Shown here one piece after another: positions 1-9,415 of a DNA stretch of 64,000 nucleotides. The notes beneath the pieces were generated by a model that did no database searches, was not told the origin of the DNA, and saw nothing but the letters and a program-made list of their open reading frames with translations. How positions within the stretch are numbered: the first letter of the stretch is position 1; each line of letters begins with the position of its first letter. The stretch lies in NCBI GenBank assembly GCA_045660745.1, contig JAZREJ010000022.1, positions 13,232 to 77,231 of the forward strand, written 5' to 3'. The position numbers were made by a program, and so were the translations under genes. This stretch comes from Eubacteriales bacterium. GTDB taxonomy: Bacteria > Bacillota > Clostridia > Oscillospirales > SIG627.

Positions 1-73
1 ATTTTTATTTATTATTTTGCACACTACAGCGTAATACACGCAACAAATTAATTATTTTCGGAGGTACATGAAA

Positions 74-451
74 ATGGCTACAGAAAAGACAACCAACATT
101 CTTGAAGAAATTAAAGCACTTACTATTCTTGAACTCGCAGATCTCGTTAAGGCTCTTGAGGAAGAGTTCGGCGTATCCGCAGCTCCCGTTGCAGTTGCAG
201 CAGCTCCCGCTGACGGCGCAGCTCCCGCAGCTGAAGAGAAGTCTGAGTACGACGTAATCCTCGCTGCAGCAGGCGACAGCAAGCTCGGCGTTATCAAGGT
301 AGTTCGTGAGATCACTGGTCTCGGTCTTAAGGAAGCTAAGGAGCTCGTTGATACCGCTCCCAAGCCCGTTAAGACAGGCGTTGACAAGGCTCAGGCTGAA
401 GAGATCAAGGCTGCTCTTACCGCTGCTGGCGCTACTGTTGAAGTTAAATAA
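74..451 (+). CDS. rplL: 50S ribosomal protein L7/L12
   Basis: [19 protein letters not shown] hinge, EEKSEYDV and [11 protein letters not shown] motifs; GGAGGT at 60-65 favours ATG 74 over ATG 68. Confidence 0.98.
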   Translation: MATEKTTNILEEIKALTILELADLVKALEEEFGVSAAPVAVAAAPADGAAPAAEEKSEYDVILAAAGDSKLGVIKVVREITGLGLKEAKELVDTAPKPVKTGVDKAQAEEIKAALTAAGATVEVK

Positions 452-473
452 AGAAAAACTTTTGTCAACACTC

Positions 474-507
474 AAAGGACAACCGTTTGGTTGTCCTTTT
501 TGTTTTT
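474..507 (+). terminator. Rho-independent terminator after rplL
   Basis: AAAGGACAACC-gttt-GGTTGTCCTTT followed by T-rich tail. Confidence 0.85.
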
Positions 508-617
508 GTGAAATTGCAGGCATTTACGCGAAATTTTGCATATTTTCAAAAGTACACCAATATCGGATAAATGAAGAGCCATGCGAGGAACGTTCAAACA
601 CTTTTTAAAATCTACCA

Positions 618-646
618 TTGACAATTTTCTAAAGTTGTATTAAAAT
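618..646 (+). promoter_or_regulatory. sigmaA-type promoter for galE
   Basis: TTGACA-17 nt-TAAAAT. Confidence 0.7.
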
Positions 647-687
647 ATATGGAGAATATTTCCCACAATTTGCAGAAAGGACTACTT

Positions 688-1686
688 ATGGCTATACTTA
701 TCACAGGAGCAACCGGTTACATAGGCTCACACACGGTTGTTGAACTCATAAATAAAGGCTATGACACAGTACTCGTTGACAATCTTTACAATTCCGACAT
801 CTCGGTCCTTGATAAAATAGAAAAAATAACAGGAACAAGACCGAAGTTCTACGAGCTTGATGTTGCAATTCGCGAAAACGTTGAAAAAATATTTGACGAA
901 AACAAGATAGATGCCGTAATTCACTTTGCGGGACTTAAGGCGGTTGGCGAGTCATGTACAATGCCCGCACTATATTACTATAACAACATTGCCTCTGCAA
1001 TGGCAACAGCCGACGTTGCAGAGCGTCACGGATGCTATAATATAATTTTCTCTTCCTCCGCAACCGTTTACGGCGAACCAAAGAGCGTTCCGATAACCGA
1101 AGACTTTCCTCTCCACACCTCGAACCCTTACGGCGAAAGTAAGCTTCTTATCGAAAACCTTTACCGAGATCTTTACCGCTGGAACAACAAGTGGAATATA
1201 ACCCTTCTCAGATATTTCAACCCCATCGGCTCTCATGATTCGGGACTTCTCGGAGATGACCCGAACGGAATTCCGAATAACCTTATGCCCTACATTGCAA
1301 GAGTAGCATCCGGTGACCTTGAAAGACTCAACGTATTTGGCAACGATTATCCCACAAGAGACGGCACGGGAGTGCGTGACTATATCCACGTTGTCGATCT
1401 TGCGCTCGGTCACATCGCTGCACTTGAAAAAATGACCTCTCCCGGTATACACACCTATAATCTTGGCACAGGCAAGGGCTACAGTGTTCTTGAGATAGTC
1501 GAGGCTTTTGAAAAGGTCAACGGAATAAAGATACCCTACGTTATCACCGACAGACGCCCCGGTGACATTCCCGAATATTTTGCTGACCCATCCAAGGCAG
1601 AACGCGAGCTCGGATGGAAAGCCCTGCGTGACGTTGAAGATATGTGCCGCACGGCATGGAAGTTTATAGAAAACTCAAAAAAATAA
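688..1686 (+). CDS. galE: UDP-glucose 4-epimerase
   Basis: GATGYIGSH, HFAGLKAVGES, YGESK and RDYIHV motifs; AAAGGA before ATG 688. Confidence 0.95.
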   Translation: MAILITGATGYIGSHTVVELINKGYDTVLVDNLYNSDISVLDKIEKITGTRPKFYELDVAIRENVEKIFDENKIDAVIHFAGLKAVGESCTMPALYYYNNIASAMATADVAERHGCYNIIFSSSATVYGEPKSVPITEDFPLHTSNPYGESKLLIENLYRDLYRWNNKWNITLLRYFNPIGSHDSGLLGDDPNGIPNNLMPYIARVASGDLERLNVFGNDYPTRDGTGVRDYIHVVDLALGHIAALEKMTSPGIHTYNLGTGKGYSVLEIVEAFEKVNGIKIPYVITDRRPGDIPEYFADPSKAERELGWKALRDVEDMCRTAWKFIENSKK

Positions 1687-1698
1687 CAGGAGACTGTA

Positions 1699-2262
1699 AT
1701 GAAAAAGACGATTCTGGCATTTCTTGTGCTGTCGCTTATCCTTGTTTTTTCCTCATGCTCAGAGGAAGAGAGCAAAGGTGGAACGATGGCAGATCACATA
1801 GATATTGAAACTTTGGAAAAAGACTCACTTAATATATCCATCGAAGTGCCGGAAAAATGGGTCGAATCATCCTCAAGCTACTATGGTACCGAAGTAAGAC
1901 ACTATATGTCGCTTCTTGAAGGCACAAAGGACAGCTTTGCGGAGAGTATTTCGGTCACTGCAGAAAAGCTTCCGAAGGACGGAACGCTCAAGACATACGT
2001 TGAAAGCAACGTGAATGCGCTTGAGATAACCTTTACCGATTTCGAGATACTTTCCCCCGTAACCGAGCTTAAGGTTGGAGAGTATGACGGTGCAAACGTT
2101 GTCTTTTCCTATTCTGCGGGTACCTTTGACATTGTTATCGACCAATCTTTTGTTGTGATAGACGGCACGGCTTATATAATCATGTGCAATGCAACCACCC
2201 ACTCCTATGATGACTTTAAGGATATTTTTGTAAAAGCACGCGAAACTTTTAAAATAAACTAA
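1699..2262 (+). CDS. lipoprotein, DcrB/PsbP-like fold
   Basis: signal peptide with lipobox VFSSC; IEVPEKW and AYIIMC...F pattern typical of PsbP/DcrB-like proteins. Confidence 0.6.
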   Translation: MKKTILAFLVLSLILVFSSCSEEESKGGTMADHIDIETLEKDSLNISIEVPEKWVESSSSYYGTEVRHYMSLLEGTKDSFAESISVTAEKLPKDGTLKTYVESNVNALEITFTDFEILSPVTELKVGEYDGANVVFSYSAGTFDIVIDQSFVVIDGTAYIIMCNATTHSYDDFKDIFVKARETFKIN

Positions 2263-2269
2263 AAAACTA

Positions 2270-2298
2270 TTGACAAAACTTTATTTTGGTGTTAGAAT
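2270..2298 (+). promoter_or_regulatory. sigmaA promoter of the rplU operon
   Basis: TTGACA-17 nt-TAGAAT. Confidence 0.8.
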
Positions 2299-2301
2299 AA
2301 T

Positions 2302-2360
2302 ATGCCGCATATTGTGGGTTTTTAAACACCTTCGGGTTACCTGCCGTAGCGAGTCATAAA
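2302..2360 (+). ncRNA. ribosomal protein L21 leader (cis-regulatory RNA)
   Basis: lies between promoter and rplU; CCGCATATTGTGG hairpin, ACC-TTCG-GGT hairpin and TACCTGCC...GCGAGT resemble the Firmicute L21 leader. Confidence 0.65.
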
Positions 2361-2379
2361 AGAAAGTGAGGTGCTTTTC

Positions 2380-2694
2380 GTGTTTGCAGTTATCAAAACA
2401 GGCGGAAAGCAGTACAAGGTTCAGGAAGGCGATATCCTTTTCATTGAGAAGCTTAATGCTGAAGACGGCGCCGAGGTTATTTTCGACGAAGTTTTAGCTC
2501 TTTCCGATGGAGAATCATTTGTTGCCGGCACTCCCCTTGTAAACGGTTCTTCCGTTAAGGCAACCGTTATCAAGAACGGCAAAGGCAAGAAGGTCGAAGT
2601 CTTCAAGTACAAACCCAAAAAGGGCGAGAAGAAGAAGATCGGTCATAGACAGCCTTACACCAAGGTACAGATTGAGAAGATCGTAAAGGCATGA
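2380..2694 (+). CDS. rplU: 50S ribosomal protein L21
   Basis: [13 protein letters not shown] and GHRQPYT; GTG start after GAGGTG. Confidence 0.98.
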   Translation: MFAVIKTGGKQYKVQEGDILFIEKLNAEDGAEVIFDEVLALSDGESFVAGTPLVNGSSVKATVIKNGKGKKVEVFKYKPKKGEKKKIGHRQPYTKVQIEKIVKA

Positions 2695-3047
2695 CAAAAG
2701 CTCACTTTTACAAGGCCGATTCCCGTTTCACGGGATTCAAAATAATAGGACATGCAGGTATTTCGTTTGAAGGCGCAGACGTTTTGTGTGCGGCAATAAG
2801 CGGTATGACACTTCTTGTTATCAACACTCTCACCGACGTGTTCGAGTGTAAGGTTGATTTCACACAGAATGAAAAGGAACCGAGCATTTCGCTTGATGTT
2901 CTTTCATGTCCCGTTCAAAGCAGCGAAGCTGTTGACGGCGTTTTGAAGGGTTTTGTATTACAGCTTGAAGATCTATCCGAACAGTATCCAAAAAATTTGT
3001 ACATTGAGGTACACAAAAATACCACGAAAGGAACTAAAGAATTATGA
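2691..3047 (+). CDS. prp: ribosomal-processing cysteine protease Prp (YsxB)
   Basis: GHAG...DVLCAAIS catalytic His/Cys; canonical position between rplU and rpmA. Confidence 0.9.
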   Translation: MTKAHFYKADSRFTGFKIIGHAGISFEGADVLCAAISGMTLLVINTLTDVFECKVDFTQNEKEPSISLDVLSCPVQSSEAVDGVLKGFVLQLEDLSEQYPKNLYIEVHKNTTKGTKEL

Positions 3048-3316
3048 TTAGAATCAGTTTGCAATTTTTTGCACACAAAAAAGGTGTCGGTTCTACTAAG
3101 AACGGACGTGATTCCGAATCTAAGAGACTTGGTGCAAAGAAGGCTGACGGTCAGCATTGCGTTGCGGGCAACATCCTTGTTCGTCAGAGAGGAACAAAGA
3201 TCCATCCCGGTGAAAACGTAAGACGCGGCTCTGATGACACTCTGTTTGCAGTAGCAGACGGTATCGTTAAGTTTGAGCCTATGGCCGGTGGAAGAAAGAA
3301 AGTCAGCGTTCGCTAA
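3044..3316 (+). CDS. rpmA: 50S ribosomal protein L27 with Prp-cleaved N-terminal extension
   Basis: LQFF|[15 protein letters not shown] and RQRGTK. Confidence 0.98.
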   Translation: MIRISLQFFAHKKGVGSTKNGRDSESKRLGAKKADGQHCVAGNILVRQRGTKIHPGENVRRGSDDTLFAVADGIVKFEPMAGGRKKVSVR

Positions 3317-3333
3317 CCACGCCACATTTTTGA

Positions 3334-3369
3334 GGGTTGTTTCAGGTTTCTGAGACAACCCCTTTTTTT
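3334..3369 (+). terminator. terminator after rpmA
   Basis: GGGTTGTTTCAG-gttt-CTGAGACAACCC plus T-run. Confidence 0.8.
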
Positions 3370-3391
3370 AAAGAAGAAACGGAGGGATCTT

Positions 3392-4660
3392 ATGTTTATT
3401 GATAAGACGGAAATATATATCAAGGCAGGCAACGGAGGTAACGGTTGCGTTGCATTTCACCGTGAAAAATACGTTGCCGAAGGCGGCCCGTCGGGAGGTG
3501 ACGGCGGACACGGCGGAAACGTTATATTTGAGGTAGACACAGGCGAAAACACCCTTCTCCCCTTCCGTTACAAGCATAAATTCGTAGCAAAAAATGGTGA
3601 GGACGGCAAGCCCGAAAAATTTCACGGAAAGACTGCTGAGGATCTTATAATCAAGGTGCCCCAAGGAACCCTCATAAGGGATGCCGATAGCGGAAAACTG
3701 CTTTTCGATATGGGGGAGGACGGAAGATACGTTGCCGCAAAGGGCGGACGCGGAGGCTTCGGGAACGTTCATTTTGCCACACCTACCCGTCAGATACCGA
3801 GATTTGCCAAAGGGGGTACAACAGGCGAAGAGCGCAGAGTTATACTTGAGCTCAAGATGCTTGCAGACGTAGGACTCATCGGATTCCCCAACGTCGGAAA
3901 ATCCACCCTTCTCTCAATGGTTTCTGCAGCAAAGCCTAAAATCGCAAATTACCACTTCACTACCCTTTCTCCCATTCTCGGAGTCGTAAAGGTGGATTCT
4001 TCGGCATTCGTTATGGCGGATATCCCCGGACTTATCGAGGGGGCAAGCGAAGGAGCAGGACTTGGGCATGACTTTCTCAGACACGTTGACCGTTGCCGAC
4101 TTCTCGTGCACGTTGTTGATGCGGCGGGCACCGAGGGCCGTGACCCTGTTGACGATATAGAAAAGATAAATCTTGAGCTTGCGGGCTGGAGCGAGGAGCT
4201 TGCCGCACGTCCTCAGATAATCGTCGCAAACAAGTGCGACGTGGGAGTGCCCGACGAAAACCGTGAAAGCCTCAAGTCTTGGGCCGGAGAAAACGGAGTG
4301 CCCATCTTCTTCATTTCGGCGGTTACAAAAAGCGGTGTTAACGAGCTCCTCTATAAAATAGTTGAAACTCTTTCCACCCTTCCCGAACGCAAATACTACG
4401 AGCCGGATGAGATTGAAGAAATTGAAGAAGAATCGGGAGAACGTGAATTTGAGGTAGAGCGCGAGGACGGTATCTGGTTCCTCGGAGGCGATTGGCTTGA
4501 AAAGGTCACTTCCTCTGTAAACTTTGAAGACCGCGAATCTCTTGCGTATTTCCACAAGGTCCTTAAAAATGCGGGTGTATTTAAGCGTCTTGAGTCTATG
4601 GGAATTGCAGACGGTGATACTGTTGACGTTTGCGGCTTCGAATTCGACTACGTTAAATAA
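3392..4660 (+). CDS. obgE: GTPase ObgE/CgtA
   Basis: Gly-rich Obg domain, GFPNVGKST, DIPGLIEG, NKCD and C-terminal OCT domain. Confidence 0.97.
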   Translation: MFIDKTEIYIKAGNGGNGCVAFHREKYVAEGGPSGGDGGHGGNVIFEVDTGENTLLPFRYKHKFVAKNGEDGKPEKFHGKTAEDLIIKVPQGTLIRDADSGKLLFDMGEDGRYVAAKGGRGGFGNVHFATPTRQIPRFAKGGTTGEERRVILELKMLADVGLIGFPNVGKSTLLSMVSAAKPKIANYHFTTLSPILGVVKVDSSAFVMADIPGLIEGASEGAGLGHDFLRHVDRCRLLVHVVDAAGTEGRDPVDDIEKINLELAGWSEELAARPQIIVANKCDVGVPDENRESLKSWAGENGVPIFFISAVTKSGVNELLYKIVETLSTLPERKYYEPDEIEEIEEESGEREFEVEREDGIWFLGGDWLEKVTSSVNFEDRESLAYFHKVLKNAGVFKRLESMGIADGDTVDVCGFEFDYVK

Positions 4661-4772
4661 AAGATTGAAAAACAACGCTTTCAGATACTGTTTTTAGCAC
4701 AATACGGCATGAAAATTCCCATCTGTAAAATAAAGGTATATAACATACCCATTCAGAACAGGATTATAAATA

Positions 4773-6329
4773 ATGAAAACCGAATCATTAAATAAAAGCG
4801 CAGATCCGTCTCTTTCGCCAAAAGATGATATCACCCCCCCACGAAAAAAGAATAAACATATCTTCCGTATCATACTTTTCGGTTTTTTATTTTTTTTGGC
4901 AGTAGGCATCTTCTCTTCATCAATTTGGTACAAAAATACTTTTTATATCGGATTCAATGAATTTCTGTTTACCCTTCTTGCACCAATGGCAGGAACAGGT
5001 AAAGAAACGGTATTAGACATCCTCTCAGTCAGCGTGTTACCGGGAGGGCTTGCTCTTATTCCATATGCACTTTTCGTTTTTTTTACACGGAGCGGCAAAG
5101 CGATTCATTTGCTATTGCGAAGGATCGGCGCAGTAACAGTTTTGACTTCCTTCATTTTTTCATTGATCTTTGCCTTCATCGTACTGCACATTCCGGAGTT
5201 TCTCGCTCACTGCGGTGAAAAAACCTTGATCTATAAGGAAAAGTATATTGATCCAAAGAGTGTCGCCATCACCGATCACGACGGCAATGCGCACAACTTG
5301 ATCTACATTTACCTTGAAAGCATCGAGACTACATATGCGTCAAAGGAAGAAGGCGGTGCTCAGAACGGAGTCAATTACATTCCGTATCTTACTGCTATGG
5401 CAAAAGAAAACGTCTCTTTTTCGGACGGCGAGGGGCTGGGAGGCTTTCACAGCGTTACAGGAACAGGCTGTACGATGGGCGCTCTGCTCGGTACGACATC
5501 AGGGGTTCATCTATCCCTTGAGACCTTCTACTCGCAAAGTAAGAAGGGATCGTTTTTGAACGGGCTCACAACTCTTGGCGATATCTTGGCAGAGAAAGGC
5601 TACAGAAACAGCTTCCTTGTTGGCTCAGATTCTGCGTTTGCAGGCACAAATTACTATGTCACCGTTCACGGAAGCTATGAGATATCGGACCTGTATACTG
5701 CGCGTGAGTGCGGTTACGTTTCGAAGAATTACCACAACGGATTTTGGGGTATTGAGGACAAATATCTCTACGATATGGCAAAGGACAAGCTACTTGAGCT
5801 TTCCGCAGATGATGAGCCATTCAATTTCACAATGATGACGATTGATGCGCATCACACGGGTGGATATCGGTGCAGTCTTTGCGACAATAACTATTCCAAT
5901 AAGCTTGGCAACGTTGTTGCCTGCGCAGACAGACAGCTTTATGAATTTATTGAATGGTGTAAAGAGCAAGACTTCTACGAGAACACGACCATAATCGTTA
6001 CAGGAGACCACCCTCGTGCCGATAATTACCTTGTCAAAGGTGTTCCTTTTTATGAACGCACCGTCTACAACTGTATTCTGAATTCCGCGATCAACACCTC
6101 ATATTCCGACAAAAACAGGGTTTTCACTTCACTAGATATGTTCCCGACTACCCTTGCCGCTATGGGCTTTGAAATCGAAGGAGACAGGCTCGGTCTTGGT
6201 ACAAATCTTTTCTCTGACCTTCCCACGCTTTGCGAAGAAATGGGAGAAGGCAAGAAGGGGTATGATCTGTTCGATACCGAATTCAAAAAGAGCTCGGCAT
6301 ATTATAAAAAGAATTTCTTGAAAACATAA
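4773..6329 (+). CDS. LTA synthase / phosphoglycerol transferase family membrane enzyme (sulfatase fold)
   Basis: N-terminal transmembrane helices; NLIYIYLES, TIDAH, GDH and LGLGTNLFS motifs. Confidence 0.8.
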   Translation: MKTESLNKSADPSLSPKDDITPPRKKNKHIFRIILFGFLFFLAVGIFSSSIWYKNTFYIGFNEFLFTLLAPMAGTGKETVLDILSVSVLPGGLALIPYALFVFFTRSGKAIHLLLRRIGAVTVLTSFIFSLIFAFIVLHIPEFLAHCGEKTLIYKEKYIDPKSVAITDHDGNAHNLIYIYLESIETTYASKEEGGAQNGVNYIPYLTAMAKENVSFSDGEGLGGFHSVTGTGCTMGALLGTTSGVHLSLETFYSQSKKGSFLNGLTTLGDILAEKGYRNSFLVGSDSAFAGTNYYVTVHGSYEISDLYTARECGYVSKNYHNGFWGIEDKYLYDMAKDKLLELSADDEPFNFTMMTIDAHHTGGYRCSLCDNNYSNKLGNVVACADRQLYEFIEWCKEQDFYENTTIIVTGDHPRADNYLVKGVPFYERTVYNCILNSAINTSYSDKNRVFTSLDMFPTTLAAMGFEIEGDRLGLGTNLFSDLPTLCEEMGEGKKGYDLFDTEFKKSSAYYKKNFLKT

Positions 6330-6430
6330 TTATATAAAAAGCATTCGATATGACTCCGATGCGATCGCTTTATCAAGCAAACCAAAAGCTTAGTTAAGGA
6401 TATTTAGTTCGACTGCGTAAAATGTTTTTT

Positions 6431-6463
6431 GCATGACACCCTCGCTCGGGTGTCATGCTTTTT
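6431..6463 (+). terminator. intrinsic terminator
   Basis: GCATGACACCC-tcgctc-GGGTGTCATGC-TTTTT. Confidence 0.8.
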
Positions 6464-6494
6464 GTCAAATAATAGATTTTAATGTAAATAATTG

Positions 6495-6522
6495 TTGACA
6501 AAGTGTTAATAAGTGATATAAT
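6495..6522 (+). promoter_or_regulatory. sigmaA promoter (extended -10) for the uracil permease
   Basis: TTGACA-16 nt-TATAAT with TG-n before the -10. Confidence 0.7.
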
Positions 6523-6556
6523 AGATGAAGAATATTAAAAAGGAAAGGATATCTCT

Positions 6557-7927
6557 ATGAAACTCGTTTACGGCATTAACGACAAACCAAAAGGCGCATC
6601 CCTTATCGTATTCGCAATTCAACAGTTACTTGCAATTATGGCGGCAACCATCGCAGTTCCCGCAATAGTAGGAAACGGAATGACTGCTTCTGCAGCTATG
6701 TTCGGTGCAGGTATCGGTACACTCGTCTACCAGCTTTTCACAAAGTTTAAGAGCCCTGTATTCCTCGGCTCGTCATTCGCTTTCATCGGTTCCATGTTCG
6801 CAGCATTCGCGGGTGCAGCTTCTGTATCTCTCGGCTATCTCGGACTTATCCTTGGTGCGGTGTTCGCAGGACTTGTTTACGTTGTACTCGCACTCATTGT
6901 TAAATTTGTTGGTGTTAAGTGGATTGCAAAGCTTATGCCCGCAGTTGTAATCGGTCCTACCGTTGCTCTTATCGGTCTTTCTTTGGCAAGTGCAGCTATA
7001 AATGACGTATTCTCTTACGGACCCAAGCTTGATGATGGCAGTGCATTTGTTATGTCAACTCCCATATGGCTCTCAGTCATCTGTGCTCTTGTTACTTTCG
7101 CAGTAGTTACTATCTGCTCGGTATACGGCAAGAAGATGACAAAGCTTATTCCCTTTATCATCGGTATTCTTGCAGGCTACGTTGTAGCACTTATATTCAC
7201 GCTTATCGGAATTGCTACCGATAACACAGCTCTTCAGATCATCGACTTTACCCCATTTAAGAATCTCGTTGCTGACGGTGTAAACCTTTCAACCTTTGTT
7301 TCTCTTCCCGAATTTTCATTCCTTGAAGCCTTCAAGGGCGTTAAGGAGTTTGAGTGGTCATACGTTGCAACTGTTGCTGTTGCTTACGTTCCTGTTGCAT
7401 TCGTTGTATTCGCTGAACATATCGCAGACCACAAGAACCTTTCCTCTATCATCGAGTCCGATCTTCTTGAAGAGCCCGGTCTCCACAGAACTCTTCTCGG
7501 TGACGGTGTAGGCTCTATCGCAGGTGCATTCTTCGGCGGATGTCCCAACACTACATACGGCGAGTCCGTTGGATGTGTTGCAATCACAGGTAACGCTTCG
7601 GTAATCACAATTACAGTAACCGCTATTATGGCAGTTGTTGTGTCCTTCATCTCTCCCTTTGTTGCCTTCCTCGACTCCATCCCCGGATGCGTTATGGGCG
7701 GTGTATGTATCACCCTTTATGGCTTCATCGCTGTATCAGGTCTTAAGATGATTCAGAAGGTTGACCTCGAGGACAACGCAAACCTCTTCACTATTGCTGC
7801 TATTCTTATCCCCGGTATCGGAGGTATGGCAATGTCCATCGGCAAGGTTACCATAACAGGTATCGCTTGCTCTCTCATTCTCGGCATTCTTGTAAACATC
7901 ATGCTTCACTCAAAGAAAAAGAACTAA
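6557..7927 (+). CDS. uraA: uracil/xanthine permease (NCS2 family, UraA/PyrP-like)
   Basis: PVFLGSSFAF, EHIADH and PNTTYGES NCS2 signature. Confidence 0.88.
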   Translation: MKLVYGINDKPKGASLIVFAIQQLLAIMAATIAVPAIVGNGMTASAAMFGAGIGTLVYQLFTKFKSPVFLGSSFAFIGSMFAAFAGAASVSLGYLGLILGAVFAGLVYVVLALIVKFVGVKWIAKLMPAVVIGPTVALIGLSLASAAINDVFSYGPKLDDGSAFVMSTPIWLSVICALVTFAVVTICSVYGKKMTKLIPFIIGILAGYVVALIFTLIGIATDNTALQIIDFTPFKNLVADGVNLSTFVSLPEFSFLEAFKGVKEFEWSYVATVAVAYVPVAFVVFAEHIADHKNLSSIIESDLLEEPGLHRTLLGDGVGSIAGAFFGGCPNTTYGESVGCVAITGNASVITITVTAIMAVVVSFISPFVAFLDSIPGCVMGGVCITLYGFIAVSGLKMIQKVDLEDNANLFTIAAILIPGIGGMAMSIGKVTITGIACSLILGILVNIMLHSKKKN

Positions 7928-7936
7928 AAAATAAGC

Positions 7937-7976
7937 AAAATACGGCAAAGATTCAAAAACTTTGCCGTATTTTTTT
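7937..7976 (+). terminator. terminator after uraA
   Basis: AAAATACGGCAAAG...CTTTGCCGTATTTTTTT. Confidence 0.85.
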
Positions 7977-7994
7977 ATATTTATACAAAAGTCC

Positions 7995-8023
7995 TTGACA
8001 AAACAAATAAAATGTAGTAGAAT
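7995..8023 (+). promoter_or_regulatory. sigmaA promoter of the aromatic amino acid operon
   Basis: TTGACA-17 nt-TAGAAT. Confidence 0.8.
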
Positions 8024-8053
8024 TCTTGTATTAAAAAAGAAGGAGAAAAAGGT

Positions 8054-8131
8054 ATGTTTAATAAGGCTTATTATTACTTTTATTACTTTAAACGAGACTG
8101 CCTGTTTTTCTCCGATTACAAAGGCTTTTAA
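8054..8131 (+). CDS. Tyr/Phe-rich attenuator leader peptide (25 aa, MFNKAYYYFYYFKRDCLFFSDYKGF)
   Basis: manual translation; AAGGAG RBS at 8040-8045; 6 Tyr and 6 Phe codons including seven consecutive (YYYFYYF); directly upstream of the Phe/Tyr operon. Confidence 0.9.
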   Translation: MFNKAYYYFYYFKRDCLFFSDYKGF

Positions 8132-8210
8132 TAAGCCCTTAACGAAAAGCAGACAGTCCGCAGCCGTTTGTGCTCATACTTTTGAGTACATGAGGGTGGC
8201 GGATTTTTTT
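8065..8210 (+). promoter_or_regulatory. transcription attenuator (protector, antiterminator and terminator)
   Basis: 8065-8073 pairs with 8129-8137; 8096-8110 pairs with 8144-8158; 8155-8161 pairs with 8199-8205 around an inner stem 8169-8176/8183-8190, with T7 at 8204-8210. Confidence 0.82.
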
Positions 8211-8223
8211 ATTGGAGGATAAT

Positions 8224-9414
8224 ATGTTTTCAGAAAAAATGCTCGAAATGGGCAGACACGGCTCTGTTATACGCGAAATTGCGGAGCACTCAAAAAAGAG
8301 AAAAGCGGAAATAGGTGAGGACAAGGTGTTCGATTTCAGTATCGGGAACCCAAGTATCCCCTGCCCCGAAGCCTTTACAAAAACACTTATCGAGCTTTTG
8401 AATAACACGGACCCCGTCGAGCTTCACAGCTATACTGCGGCACAGGGTGACCCTACGGTACGCCGCACGCTTGCTGAAAACATAAAAAATAAATACGGTT
8501 TTGAGCAAGATGCCGACCTCATGTATCTCACCTGCGGTGCTTCCTCCTCTCTTTCTATCGTATTCAAAGCGTTGCTCCATGCGGAGGATGAGGTAATGGT
8601 AATCGCTCCATACTTTCCGGAATACAGAGCATTTGTCGAAAACGTCGATGCAACTCTTTGCGTTGTCCCCTGTGACCCTGAAACACTTGAGGTAAATTTT
8701 GAGGATATCGAAAAGTGCATAAACGAAAAGACAAGAGCGATAATCATAAATTCCCCGTCCAATCCCACCGGTGCCGTGATGCCTCGCAATGAAATTGAAA
8801 AAATAGCTGAGATACTCGATAAAAAATCAAAGGAATATTCAAACCCCATTTTCATTGTCGCAGATGAACCTTACAGAGAAGTGGCTTTCGACGGTGTAGA
8901 AATTCCGTACATTCCGGAAATTTACGCAAACACTGTCGTTTGCAACTCCTACAGCAAATCTCTCTCAGTACCGGGTGAGAGAATGGGTTATATTGCAGTT
9001 TCTCCGAGAGTATCCAATGCGAAAGAATTCTACTATGCAATATGCGGTGCGGGACGCTGTATGGGATATATCTGTGCCCCCTCACTTCTGCAGAAGGCTA
9101 TTGCTATATGTGATACACTCCCATGCGACGTTTCTGCATACGACAAAAACCGCAAGCTTTTATACTCCTCTCTTACCGATATAGGCTACACCTGCGTTAT
9201 GCCCGAGGGCGCTTTTTACCTGTTTGTAAAAGCTCTTGAAAAGGATGCGGGAGCATTCTGCGAAAAAGCGAAGGAGGAAGAATTGCTGTTTGTTCCCTCT
9301 GACTCCTTCGGAGTTACGGGATGGGTCAGAATCGCCTACTGCACAAGCTATTCCCAGATAGAAAACTCAATCCCCGCTTTTAAAAAGCTTTACGAAAAAT
9401 ACCAGGAGAAATAA
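8224..9414 (+). CDS. PLP-dependent aminotransferase class I/II (probable aromatic amino acid aminotransferase)
   Basis: NSPSNPTG, DEPY and SYSKSLSVPGERMG (PLP lysine); first gene of the aro operon. Confidence 0.85.
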   Translation: MFSEKMLEMGRHGSVIREIAEHSKKRKAEIGEDKVFDFSIGNPSIPCPEAFTKTLIELLNNTDPVELHSYTAAQGDPTVRRTLAENIKNKYGFEQDADLMYLTCGASSSLSIVFKALLHAEDEVMVIAPYFPEYRAFVENVDATLCVVPCDPETLEVNFEDIEKCINEKTRAIIINSPSNPTGAVMPRNEIEKIAEILDKKSKEYSNPIFIVADEPYREVAFDGVEIPYIPEIYANTVVCNSYSKSLSVPGERMGYIAVSPRVSNAKEFYYAICGAGRCMGYICAPSLLQKAIAICDTLPCDVSAYDKNRKLLYSSLTDIGYTCVMPEGAFYLFVKALEKDAGAFCEKAKEEELLFVPSDSFGVTGWVRIAYCTSYSQIENSIPAFKKLYEKYQEK

Positions 9415-9415
9415 T

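Noticed and set aside
3044-3075. N-terminal extension on ribosomal protein L27
   Set aside because: Known Firmicute feature removed by the adjacent Prp protease; not novel.
6330-6556. Possible PyrR attenuator or riboswitch upstream of uraA
   Set aside because: The hairpin lies upstream of the promoter, the 5' UTR is only about 30 nt, and no AGTCCAGAGAG-type PyrR loop is visible.
8190-8205. GAGGGTGG resembling the start of a T-box sequence
   Set aside because: It is not followed by the NACCGCG consensus and no stem I or specifier loop is apparent; these bases are explained as the terminator's 3' arm.
7962-8222. 86-aa ORF in the track
   Set aside because: It starts inside a terminator upstream of the promoter and has no RBS; the real small ORF is the leader peptide in another frame.
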